Positions 50,117 to 63,018 of a stretch of 64,000 nucleotides of DNA are shown one piece after another. The notes under the pieces were generated by a model. It did no database searches. It had not been told where the DNA came from and worked only from the letters and a program-made list of their open reading frames with translations. Within the stretch, counting starts at the first letter, position 1. Each line of letters starts with the position of its first letter. Position numbers and translations under genes: made by a program. This stretch comes from the human T2T-CHM13v2.0 reference genome, Homo sapiens. The stretch is from NCBI RefSeq assembly GCF_009914755.1, contig NC_060925.1; one strand, written 5' to 3'.

Positions 50117-50445
50117 AGCAGAAGGAGGAGTCTGGTTGGTTGTGGGGGCGGTGCTGGGAAGCCAGCTGGTGCCAGATGGACAAACCCAGCAGAAGGCATC
50201 CCCAGCCGGGTGAAGCTGATGCCCCGTGCCCAGGGCTCAACCTCCATATGCCAGCCGCAGCCTGGTCCTTCCTTCCAGGCCTAAAGGCCCCATTGCTGTC
50301 TGTGGGGGATGATGCCAAAACCATTCCTCCTCCTGACTCTTGCTTGTATAACAGGGAATGACTGCTTGGAGACAAAAGACTGTCCTGCTCAAGGTCCCCC
50401 TGGTCCGTGGGCTGACGGATCTAAATAGGTCTGAATTACGCTCAC

Positions 50446-50579
50446 TCCTGATCATGCTGAGGAGCCATCACATCGGGGACTTGAGAGGTCCTGAGTGGCA
50501 GGACGCAGAGGCACCGTTCTGTACACCTGGTGGAGATTCCACAATGGCTTGTGCTGCCTGGAGGACGAGGAGATGAAGG
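50446..50579 (-). CDS. C1orf61: CROC4 ORF exon C (PSSPRPPG...APQHDQ)
   Basis: ctgcag|CCT ... GA|GTGAGC, 134 nt. Confidence 0.8.
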
Positions 50580-51180
50580 CTGCAGGGAGGGAGCAGGGCA
50601 GGTTAGGGGCAATGTGGCAGAGCTGCACCCTACCTGTCCCCTCCTCCTGGTATGTTGGGTGGCATTCACACCTGGCCAGTGGATAAAAGAGGCTGCCGTT
50701 GTGGAGTTCACCACCTAATTGTTAACAACGGGTCCCTCTCGAAACAGCCTCAGCAAGATGCTCACCTCCTTCAGACCACAAAAGCCCCAGCCATGGAGCC
50801 CAGCCCCATTTCTCAGTCAGGCCTCCGTTATGGACTGCACCCGGTGATCCATGGCCCTCACAACCCAGGAGGCCTTCCTTGATTGCCCCCACCTACCTCA
50901 ATGGCCCCATAACTGTGTCCCTCTGCACTTAGCATTTAACACTAAACATCTGCATACAGCCTTAGAAAACATTCATTCCCATCACCCCATTTGATCTTCA
51001 GGATAACCAAGGAAGGCAGTTAGGGTCCAAAGACATGAAGGGACTTGCCTAAGGTCACCTAGCTAGTAAGTGGGGGAAGCCAGAATTTGTATCCTGACCA
51101 GCCTGTCCAATTCCAGAGTCAAAAACCAAAAGCTCCTTCTTTTCCTGTCCTTCCTGTGGACAAAGCCCCACTGACTATCA

Positions 51181-51753
<573 letters not shown>

Positions 51754-54315
51754 TCAATCTTGTGTCTCTACCCTCTCAACACAGCCCTCCCTGGAGCAGG
51801 AGCACTGTGCAGGAGATGGAAGGAGACCCCATGCTGGGAAGATGAGAGAAGCTCAAGCAGGGTCAGTCCCAAGAGCAGGGTCAGTTCCAAGAGTGTCAGG
51901 AGACAGCATGTATGAGCAGGGGATGGAAGGCTGGAGAGGCCTGGCAGGATCAGGAGTTATAGCTGGGAAGACATGGGGAGAAGGCAGGGGCAGGTCAGGG
52001 CCTTGGTGCTGGGGCCCTGGGTCTCTGGTTGGATGATGGAGAGGAGCCCATCCTGGGGACAGCTGGACCAGACCATGAACGGCCTCACTGTGAGACCCCG
52101 GCCTGGTTTCAGCTTCTCTCTCCTTCCTGCCCAGACCTGGTTAAAGCCTGAGGCCACCTCTCAGCCCTCCCTTCCTCCAGCCCCATTCCACCCCACTCCC
52201 TGGGAGCTAAGCCCCCTCACCTGACAGGGCCACTTCCATGGCCACTCACAGAGAAGTCTTTGTGCACAAGCCGGGCCTGGGGGATGGGCGGTGGTGGGCA
52301 CCCCCACTTACATTCCGCCCAGCAGCCAGCAGCAGCCTCACCATCTTCCCAACTGCCTCTCCAGCCTCTCATCCGCTTTCTTGAGGAAGAATTCCCTCGG
52401 AGCCTTGGCCCTGGCTACTACCTCACCCCCAACTCCCTCCCTCAGGAGGGTTCCAGGACTGTGCCCCTTCTTTGCTGCTTTGCTGTAGCCCCCTGTGTCA
52501 CACAGCCCTGACCACTGAACCTTTCTTTTTTCTTTTTCTTTCTTTCTTTTTTTTTTTTTTGAGACAGAGTCTTGCTCTGCTGCCCAGACTGGAGGGCATT
52601 GGCCTGATTTCAGCTCACTGCAACCTCTGCCTCCCAGGTTCAAGTGATTCTCCTGCCTCAGCCTCCTGAATAGCTGGGATTACAGGCATGGGCCATCATG
52701 CCTGGCTAATTTTTGTATTTTTAGTAGAGATAGGGTTTCACCATGTTGGCCAGGCTGGTCTTGAACTCCTGACCTCAGGCGATCCACCTGCCTTGGCCTC
52801 CCAAAGTGCTGAGATTACAGGCTTGGGCCACTGCGCCCGGCCGGCCCTCCCTCCCTCCCTTCCTTTTTTTTTCATAAGAGAGCTCAGAGACTAGCTTGTT
52901 GCCCCACAAAGTCAGAGCCAGTATCCCTGTCCCCCAACCCCCAGCAGCCCATCCCCCTGCCCCGACATCAGGGTGCTCATTGTGCTGAGGGACACCAACT
53001 TCTGCTTCTCCACATCTCTCCCCAGAAAGCTCCCATAAGCTTGCTGCCCCCGCATGTCGTGGGGGAAGGAGGGATTCTGAAGGTGGGTGGTAGAGACATC
53101 CCTTCCTCAAGTGGCTTCCAGGTCTTTCATATGTCCTTCATTTGTTTGGAACTAGCTGAGAGCCAGTTAAATGTCTGGCTGGTCTCAATGGACAGCCAGA
53201 TGCAGGAGTCCCCATCCCTCCTAGGAGTGGTTATGTGTTGCTTTCCAGCCATGCCCTACACCTGGCACCTCTGAGGCTGTCAGCTAACTGCCCCAGCCTC
53301 CCTGGTATAGCACATAAGGCGCTTTACAGGGGAATTCCTACCTCTGTTTCCCTTCTCCTCCCAGCAGACTCCCTGCGATGGCCATGCTAGTCCCCAAACA
53401 TACCCTGCTCTTCCTTACCTACTTGCCTTCTCGAATGCTGTGGACTGTCCACCACCTACTTCCCCAGACTGTAGACTGCCAAATGCCTGTTTATCTTGTA
53501 TCGCTTATCTCTTGGCGTCCTCCAGGAAGCCTTCCTGAGCTCCCCGAGGTGGCCCCCGGCTCCCTTCCCCATGCCTCCACAGCACTTTGTGCAGGTCTGC
53601 AGGACAATGCTTTCCAGACCGTCTTCTAATCATTCATGTGTCTGCCTCACCCAGTAGACTGCCAGTTCCTCAGAGCAGCGTTGTATTCCACACTCCCCTT
53701 GAGCATAGCTCCTGGCACACAGGAGACCCTCAGTGCCTGCTGAATGAATGTGCTGACATGGAGGCAGGGGTACCAGAGGGAAGGGAATGGATGAGAGGTG
53801 CTACACAGGAAGAAGTGATGGGTTTTGATGTGGCTGATTTGGATGTGGGGACAAGTCCAGGAAAATGTTCAGGAGTTGAACCTGGGGGCCTAGGAGTTTA
53901 ATGAGGCCACCGATAGAGGTAAGGCAGCAGAAGCACAATGCGGAGGGAGCATCCGAACTGCCTGGGGACTGGACCACCTCCTGGGTTTTGGTGGGAGGTT
54001 GTACTTCTATGCTACTACAGAAGCTAAAAACACAGGTACTTTCTGGGCTCTCCTTGCAGCTAGAGCCTAGGCATGTGATCCAGGCTTGGTCAAGCAGATG
54101 TACCATTCCAATCTGATCTGGGGACAAATGGCAGGACCACAGGTGGTAGTTGGCAGTTGGGGGTGCGAATTTGGAGTTTAAAAGAGGTCAAGACTAGGCC
54201 CGGCGCGGTGGCTCATGCCTGTAATCCCAGTACTTTGGGGGGCCGAGGCGGGCGGATCACAAGGTCAAGAGATTGAGACCATCCTGGCTAACACTGTGAA
54301 ACCCTGTCTCTACTA

Positions 54316-54565
<250 letters not shown>

Positions 54566-56246
54566 TTATAACTTCAGGTGATGGTTAAAGTGATAAAAGT
54601 GGAGTGAGAAGAGTGAGAAGGAAGAGAAAACAAGCTACCAGCAGAACCTGGGGACCACTTCTAGTTAAGGAACTGGTCCATCCGGAGGACTGAATGAATG
54701 GAACCAAGAACAGATGATCATGGATGTAACAGAAGAACAGAAGGCCAAAGGAAAAGACTGAGAAAATGGCATAACATTTTCCATACAGGTCAAGGAGGAC
54801 TGGGCTTGGGAAGGGCCAGTGGTCTTTGTTGAGGGGGCTGTGAGTGGCCTCTGAGAGGATGCAGTTTCACCAGAGTGCTGGGCTGAGGAGAGAAGGTGGA
54901 GCATCACCTCAAGTACACAGTCACCTTTCACAGGCCCCAGAGAGACCCTCAAACTAGCAGATGATACTGCCTGGCCACATCTTACTCTCTCTCTCCTCAT
55001 GCTGATATTCCCCCATTCTGATTCCTCCAGTACTTTTCTTATTACCCACAGTCCTCTAAGTAGTCTGGGAACTAAGCCCAGTGCTGAGGCCTCTCTACCA
55101 CCCCTGCTCCTGTGCTCAACCTTACATCTCTTCTGGGGGCCGCCATTCATGGTCTCTCCCTCCTTCCTTCTCTCTCCATCCTCTCTTCCTAATTCCATTA
55201 ACAGGAAGATTCAACAGTATTTCTGGTCAGCCAGGAAGTCCTTCTTATGGCCTCAGTCTGTTCCATGTCCACCAACCAGGGTAGGCTTTCAGTGCACACC
55301 TGGTCAGGCAGCCATCTTACAGGCGCCAGTTACCTAAGATGGCGGCCTCCCTCACCCTCCGCTTCCGTTCCCACAGCCTTGCCTCCTACCCCTGCCTCTT
55401 TCTTTCTGAAGCCTCAGCCCAACAAGGTGGGGGGCCAGGCTGGGGAGCCAAGGCCGGAGGAAGCAAGACAAAAAAGGACAGAAAAGCTGGCCCCTTGGCA
55501 TCTCTCTTTGGCATTTGAGTCCAGCTCAGGGAGGGAGGGCAGAAAGGAAGAAAGAAAGTAGTGTAAGTTTTTATTTCTGTCCTCTTCCTGCCACCTCCCC
55601 CTAGTCCCTCCCCCAACACTTTGATGAAAACAAAATCTCTCCCCCTTTTTCTCTTCTCCAGCCCCCCTCCCCTTTTTTCCTGGCTTCTACCATGAGCCTC
55701 CTGGAATGTAAATGAACTGTATTATGCAAATGCATGCAAATCAGGCTTAACGAGCGGAAGGAGGGGGCAGAATGCCTAATGAGTAATGGCGGAGGGTGCA
55801 GATGGAGGGTGGCAGGAATGGCCCCCTCCTCTTCTCTGTTCCCACAGCCTGGAGGTTTGCTGGAGGTAGCCGGGTGTCCCTCACTTCTGGGAAAGAGTAG
55901 AAGGTCAAGGCCCCATCGCTTCAGCTGAGAAGGCCTGGGATGTCCTTGGCTGTGGTAGGTGAGGGGCAGGCGAGCTTGGGAAGAGAGGGGGTTAAGTATA
56001 AGGGGCTGGTACTCACTTGCATAACCTTGCCCAGAGACACTGCATGCACCAGCTTCCTTGCCTATGTGGCCTGCCGCTGTCAAAACCCTCAGCTTCCAGT
56101 GCTGAAAAGAGGGTGACGCTTATGCATGCCATGGCTTGTGCATCAGAAAGGAGGATTCTCAAGGGAAGATTCCCAGCCAGACCCAGGTTCTTCCTGGGGG
56201 TAGGGGTGAAAGCTGCCTCTCTTTGTACTTTGGGGGTGGGGGGGCG

Positions 56247-56260
56247 GTTGCCATAGCAAC
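56247..56260. promoter_or_regulatory. RFX X-box
   Basis: GTTGCCATAGCAAC near-perfect palindrome. Confidence 0.7.
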
Positions 56261-57257
56261 ATAGCATAGAACACCCACCTCCCCAACATCCAGCCTCAGA
56301 GGACCTAGGAGTTGGGGGGGATAATGGATTGACACCCCCGATGCCCCCACCACCTGGCACTGCCAGCCGGAGATGGCAGCATCAAATCCTAGAGAGAATG
56401 GCCCCTTTGTTTCTAGGCTCACGGTGTTGGGGAGGCAGGCCTGGGCACACAGAAGGGCCTTTCCCAGGCCCCGTTCCAGTTTGCATGACTCCCACTGGCC
56501 TCTGGAGACTCCTTGTGGCCATCCCCTGGCCTCTGTGCCCTGGCAGATGGTTGCCCCCTTGCCTTTTCTCCCATGGGCTTGCCAGCTACTGCTAGGTATG
56601 CCCTGTCCCTGAGGCCTTCCCTCCAAACCACTTCAGACAGAGGTAGCAGTCTGTTCCACCTTTTCCTGGTTTTCCTGAACACCTTACATGCCAGTCATGC
56701 ATCCTGTCCTTTTTTGCATAGGGGCAACCTGCAAACTCCCCCAACCAGCAGCAGGCCCGCTCCACACAACGCAGGCAGAGAGACTCGTAAAGGAGGTATC
56801 AGACAGATAGAAAGGGCCAGGCTGAAATTCAGGAGCCTGGATCTTGGCATTTCCGCTAACCAGCTGGGCAACCTGCTCACACCTCTTCTACTCCCATGGG
56901 ATCTGTAAAATGAGGAATATAGGAATGATGATATCTAAGGCTCATTTCAGCTCTACCTGATCTATACCCTCCGTATCTTACATGACCTAGGTTAAATCAT
57001 TCTTGAAATATAACCTTCATTCTTCCTACTACTGGGGCAGCCCTTCTCATTCAGACTCCCCAACATGAAGACAAACCCAATTGCCCGGAGAGAAGAATGC
57101 CAACTTCCCTCAGCCTTTGCCTCTCCCTGAGACTCCAAAGCTGACTGCAAACAATTCCCACAGATTCAAAAATTTAGAATCTTTGATAGCTAACTGTACA
57201 GACAGGAGGGTCCCTCCTAACCCTCTCAAAGGGGGTCAGCACGGCCATTTCACTCAC

Positions 57258-57357
57258 CGCCCGGGAGCTGTCCGTGGTGCTGGATGTGGCTCTATCGTCC
57301 ACACGGAGGAAGGAGGGTGGGAGGGTGGTGCAGAACCCACCCGCCCCAGGTGAGAAG
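57258..57357 (-). CDS. C1orf61: CROC4 ORF exon B (FSPGAGGFC...TTDSSRA)
   Basis: ctttag|C ... GCG|GTGAGT, 100 nt, phase-consistent. Confidence 0.8.
57264..57284 (-). promoter_or_regulatory. RE1/NRSE (REST binding site)
   Basis: TCCAGCACCACGGACAGCTCC, 19/21 to consensus TTCAGCACCACGGACAGCGCC. Confidence 0.9.
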
Positions 57358-57840
57358 CTAAAGGGAAGAGAAGAAGCAAAAACATTTGGAAACAGTAAGA
57401 AAAGGGAAAGATGATACCTGAAGAATGTTTCTCCTCTCTGAAGACCTCCAAATTGCCAATATTACTTTGAGGAAGGAAGAGCACAAAAGTCATTGAATCT
57501 CTGATAATTTAGCTCAGTCTTCCTCTAGATCCTATTTGGACATCCACAGGGAGATGGAATCATAGTCCCTCCCCTTGGGGAAGAGCTCAGATTGAGGTGG
57601 GAGATAAAGTACAGACCTCTAAATTCCATTCTAAATGCTAAGGCTCCTACAAGGAATTTAGTAATAATAATTTAGAAGACATACAACCTGTCTGATAGTA
57701 TTATAGATATCAGGAGTTTGGGAGGAGAGGCGGGGAAAGGCCGGGGTGTGTTTGTGTGTGCACGTGTACACATCCACAGGCATGTGGGTACATGCATACG
57801 TGTGTGTATGTGTTTCCCAGGTGGAGAGGTGAGCCTACAT

Positions 57841-57998
57841 CAGTGGTTCATAACCTCAGGTGCACATTAAATAATAATGATGCCTAGGCATCATTTCCAC
57901 ATACTCTGATTTCATGGATCTGGGGCTGGGCCCAAACATCAACATTTTTAAAAAAGCTCCCCAGGTGATTCAGTGCATAACCAAGTTGAGAATCACTG
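57841..57998 (+). mobile_element. MER5A-like hAT MITE
   Basis: TIRs cagtggttc.../...gaatcactg and internal aagctccccaggtgattc. Confidence 0.75.
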
Positions 57999-59372
57999 AC
58001 CTAGAAGAAAGCAGGTCAGAAAAGGTGCAGGGGTGAAGCCTGATTAGCTGGAGGAAGAGGCAAAGCAAAGATCCCTAAAGAAGAAGGGAATGAATAAAAA
58101 GGAGAAAGACAAGCATGTAAATCCTCTTTCCTGGGAGCTCCTGGATGGCCCCTAGGCCTGGCCTGGAGAAGAGACTGGCTCAGGTGTTGGCTTGTCTCCT
58201 CTGTGCTGTAGAAGCTCAAACCACCCCAAGGCAATGAGACAAACTGTCTCCCCACCGCAGTCCCTTGTGCAGGAAATGGGTGCAATGACCCTAAGGGGGT
58301 GCTGCTGCTCCCCTTTACCCAGAGGGTCCCCAGGGAGGCGGCTGTAGAAGGTAAACAGCAACAATGGTCCCTTTCAGTGTCCAGACTCCAACCCTTCAGT
58401 CCAATTAGCAGACACAGCAAACAGCAATTCAGCAGCCTTCAGCCCCTGTCATAACAAACTCAGAGCTGCCTTAATGGGGGGATTAGGGCAGGAGGAGGAG
58501 GGGGTGTCACTTTGGCCCTGGGAGAGCCTGGGTGGCAAGGAGGGGGTTCCCCCTTTCCCCTTCTCTCTCCTATCTAAATATGCACCCACCCACCCTTCCT
58601 TCCATAACTCTGCTCCTCATTCTCCTCAAAGCCCCAAGAATGTTTTTATAGTTTTGTCTGCTTCTCCAGTGATTTTAAAGCATTAACCTAAACTCATGAT
58701 CTCCTAGGGAAGTCAGCACACCCTGTCTCTGGATGAGACATACTCACCCCTCAAGACCTCTGAGGTCCCAATAGCAAAGGAAGGGAGGTGGGAAGGTCAA
58801 TCCATACCCAGAACATTGGAGTGAAGGAAGGTGAAAAAATAAATAACCAGATTCCAACTTTCAAACCTTGAACATGCAGACTTCAAGAAAGACTTTCAGA
58901 CATAGGGGCCTGTGTGACTCTGGTGGGTTACCAACCTTAGGAATCGCACTGGGGACTGGGGGGATGTTGGTTTGTGAGGCGAAGGGAGAGAAGACATCCC
59001 TTCTTAAAGTCACTCAATTATGAAGACAAGTCTACATGCTGATAGGCAGGTCTCTATAGGATTTGTTAATTATAGCCACTACCTAACTTGTCCTTTAATT
59101 TAATAAACTGTGTTTTTAGTTACTTAGAATCCAGGAGCTTAATGGCATAAACTTGAAATTATCATTTACACATTCTGTATTTATCTATGTAAGTCAGTTT
59201 ACCCATCCTAAGTGCTGTTACCAATAAGTCTTAATATCCATTAAGGAGAAAGAAAACAACGGCCATTCTGCCACGCGGACTCCAACCTCTTCCCTTTATC
59301 AGGCTTCCCAAGGACTGTGCCTCCTCTCCCAAGTCTTCAGATACTTCCTACCTAGGTCCCCAGGAGTCTCAC

Positions 59373-59443
59373 CTTGACTCCCAAAGCTGGAAAAGGAGGA
59401 AGTTCCTCAAGTTAAATGTTATGAGATCCTCAGTCAGGAACAT
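59373..59443 (-). CDS. C1orf61: CROC4 ORF exon A (MFLTEDLITFNLRNFLLFQLWES); exon begins at about 59468
   Basis: ATG 59443-59441; acceptor tttgtttcag ending 59469; donor AG|GTGAGA. Confidence 0.8.
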
Positions 59444-60329
59444 GCCAGAGAGCTGCCCTTTTTACATTCTGAAACAAATCATATGCTATCAGTCTTTCCA
59501 AACTGTAGCCTTTAACCTTTCTGCAATCTAAGAATTACCGTTTAACCATGAGTGTCATAACATAGTATACGATCTTTTATATAGAATTCTTCATTTTCTG
59601 CACACAATAATCCTAAGGGTTTCTTATCCTGATTATACAAATATCTGAATTGAGGCTCAGAGATTTGTGTGCTTGATAAATGAAAACACCCAAACATGGA
59701 CCTTGGTTTGGTCAAATTTGCTGTTTCTATTTCTGTCTCTCCCACGGCTTGCTGACTAGGATGATTCCTGTGACTGTAAGAACTTATCAACAAAACCCTT
59801 TCCATGCCTGGAATTGGGTGGGAGGAGAATTTGTCCAAGAGTGAGGGTGTGGCTGATAATGCAACACTTGGGTCAAATATTTGAGAGAAAATTGCCTTTG
59901 GCTTTCTGGACCTAGAATTCAATAGGAGGGTATTAAAATGAGGGGCTGAGGAGAGAAATGAATAAAGAAACCAGCTTACAATTTGGTTTCCAGTAAAAAT
60001 AGTAGATGTAGCAGTATCTAAAGAATAGAACTGAAAATTCTTAGACACAGGCAGAGGTGTGATTATACAAGAGAGGAAATTTCCTAACTGGTAACTCTGG
60101 TGAGGCCTTTCTGAGCCCCTTTTAACACGGCTTCCCTGCACCCCAGTCCCACAGTTCTCCTGTGGGGTTCAGTTGGAGGAGATGCGATCTGGTACAGAGG
60201 GGGTGGGGAGAACTCAGCAGTGTCACCGTGATGTCTGCATTTGGTAACCTTCCAAATCCAAGAGTGTCTGTTCCTAGAGTGGATTTATACTTATATGTAG
60301 CCAGGTGTCCCTAATATCACGACCGAGCT

Positions 60330-60525
60330 TCCCACACACCATGGAAGCACATACATCCAACCTCACACCAGGTCACACACCACTCAGTTTCTCACCCTCA
60401 TAAAGCAGACACACACAGCTCACAAACACAGTCACCCATCACTCTCCTGACAACCCCACCCACACACCCACATGCACACACCATATGCTCACATAAGGCA
60501 GACACAAACCCTCACCCCCACATCC
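60330..60525. repeat. CA-rich low-complexity tract
   Basis: Degenerate cacac/acacag repeats. Confidence 0.6.
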
Positions 60526-61134
60526 CTCCTGGGCTCTATTCCTCCTTTCCACTGAGGTGCTGGCGTTGTAGGGTGTCAGTTCTCAACCCCTCACTTCCCT
60601 CTGTTCTCCTTTGGATATCCTGAGGTAGGTCAAATGCACTAATAGGAGACAACAATAATAATGTAAACCCATTGTGGTTACTGATACAGGTTCTAAGTCT
60701 CATGTGAATGAGCCTCAGTGGATCCCAAATACACATTTCCAACAAGCTACATGAAAGGCTTTCGTTATTGTTGTTTTTTTGTTTTTAAAGGAATCCTATC
60801 TTTCTTGGTGCTTCTTCTCTCATCCCAGCTCCCAGCCCCTGCTCACAGGCAGGGCTTTTCTCTTGGTGCACCCTCCCCCTCCCGTGCCCCATGCCTTCCT
60901 TTCTCAGCTCAACCCCATCTTACCCTCCCTGTTTCACTGTCTCTCCAGTTGTTCCCACAGGCAAGTTCAGTAGAAAAAGCACTGGGTTGGGTTAGGCCGG
61001 CCAGGGTGGCTCATGCCTGTAAACCCAGCATTTTGGGAGGCCGAGGCGGGCAGATCAAGAGATCAAGAGATCAAGACCATACTGGCCAACATGGTGAAAC
61101 CCCATCTCTACTAAAAAAAAAAATACAAAAATTA

Positions 61135-61338
<204 letters not shown>

Positions 61339-62673
61339 TCATTTGAGTCCGTGGTTCCTCATCAGTAAAATGGGGTTAATAATGACTATCTCACAGTGTT
61401 GAAAGATAAGAGAAAGGGATGCAGGCCCAGCGCCCAGGAAGTAGTGTTAGGAATTATTAGTCCTCGCCTAAAACCTGCTCCCTTTCTCCCTAATCCAGTC
61501 TCCACCTGCCCCTCCCCCAGAAAACCCAAATTCCAAATGGCTGAGAAAGTAAGAGGCTACTAATCTCGCCTTCCTCTAAATCTCTAAAGGAAGAAGACAT
61601 ATGTATTCTAGGCTCCCTGAAGCACAATTTTTTTGAGTTTGGATTCTCCAATATTTCTCCCACATAATATATAATTGAATCATTATCTTCTAGCTATAAA
61701 ATCAGGTCCTGGGAGGAAATGTTAAATTTACACAGGAAACTGGAGTCAGTCAAGGTCATTTTGTCCAGTTCTTCCACCCCCTTATTACTCCTTCCTGCCC
61801 CGTGTCTGGGAAGGCCAGGTGCCGGCGTATGGGATGCAGACTTGTAGTAAATGCAGACAGAGCTACTTCTAGCTTTGGCTACATTGACTTCTATTCCACA
61901 AAGTGACTCTAGACTATACTACTTTCAACGCACCTAAACACTCTTTCACTTAAAATATTTAGGTCAAGCCAGATAAATGGATTCTTTTAGGAAAGGCCCT
62001 GATTAATCTCTCTAATTCTTTGCTTTCTCTGGGCAGCATAGATACTAAGCTACAAATTCCTTTGTGTTTGAGATCCTCAGAGCTTCTTGAGGCCATTTGT
62101 TCTTGGAGATGATTTCCAAGACTGAAGATGGGGTGGGAAGGTTGGGTGTCCTAAAAGGCCCCAACTCAGCCCCTCTGGTCAGTAATGACAAAGCAGCATA
62201 AGGATCTTTTAAAGAGATTGGCCTCAGGTCCTGGGTCGGAAGGAGGAATGTGAATGGAAATGGAACCGAGATTGCCCTGCACTCCACTGCCCCAGAACCC
62301 AGACTGGGCAAAAGGTTCTTCTGCCACCCTGTTTACATTTTTGAGCAACCCTCCCACCCTTGGCACCTTCAATTCTATTTCCTATTTTCACGTAGACACC
62401 CTCATCTTCCAACCAAGCTGGATAGCCCTACATGGCTTTAAGGAGCCGACTTAAGCAAAGACCAGTGTTCTCAGGTGACTTCCTCCAAACTCCCCCACCC
62501 AGCCATAGCTGTGGACAGCCTGTGGGAAAGTGTTCACCAGCTCCCGCTGGAGGGAGAGGCCTGGGCCGGGAGGCGGAATAACCCTGCAGCTAGATTTCAA
62601 CTGATTTCTCCCTTAGATCAGCTTCCCAAGCAGTGACCCAGACTGCCAGAAAAGGCCCCATCCTGAGCGGGGA

Positions 62674-62687
62674 CCACCAGAGGGCAC
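62674..62687 (+). promoter_or_regulatory. CTCF core motif
   Basis: CCACCAGAGGGCAC. Confidence 0.75.
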
Positions 62688-62957
62688 CACAATGAGGCTT
62701 CCTTGCTCCCCCTCAACTCTGCTGGGGGAAAAATATGGCACCTGGCTGAAGTGAAATGGGACTGTGACTCCTACCTGTGCCGACTGGGGTGCTGGGGGGG
62801 TGAAATGTCGCCCGAACCAGTGAGGTCTCTCTCCTCCTCTTGTATCCTCTGGTGCTGGTCAGTCCTCGCGGCTCTAGCCCCTCGCTCAAGCCTCTCCCTC
62901 CCGCCCGTGAGGCCGGCTTTCCCCGGGCCCCTCTGCGCAGTGTATGGGGTTATTTTT

Positions 62958-62979
62958 ACTTTCGGTTATCTAGCTTTAT
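62958..62979 (-). ncRNA. MIR9-1: Mature miR-9-3p (miR-9*)
   Basis: AUAAAGCUAGAUAACCGAAAGU. Confidence 0.98.
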
Positions 62980-62995
62980 GAAGACTCCACACCAC

Positions 62996-63018
62996 TCATA
63001 CAGCTAGATAACCAAAGA
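62996..63018 (-). ncRNA. MIR9-1: Mature miR-9-5p
   Basis: UCUUUGGUUAUCUAGCUGUAUGA. Confidence 0.98.

Noticed and set aside
61053-61078. Apparent (AGATCAAG)3 repeat
   Set aside because: Produced by CpG decay and point changes in the Alu left arm
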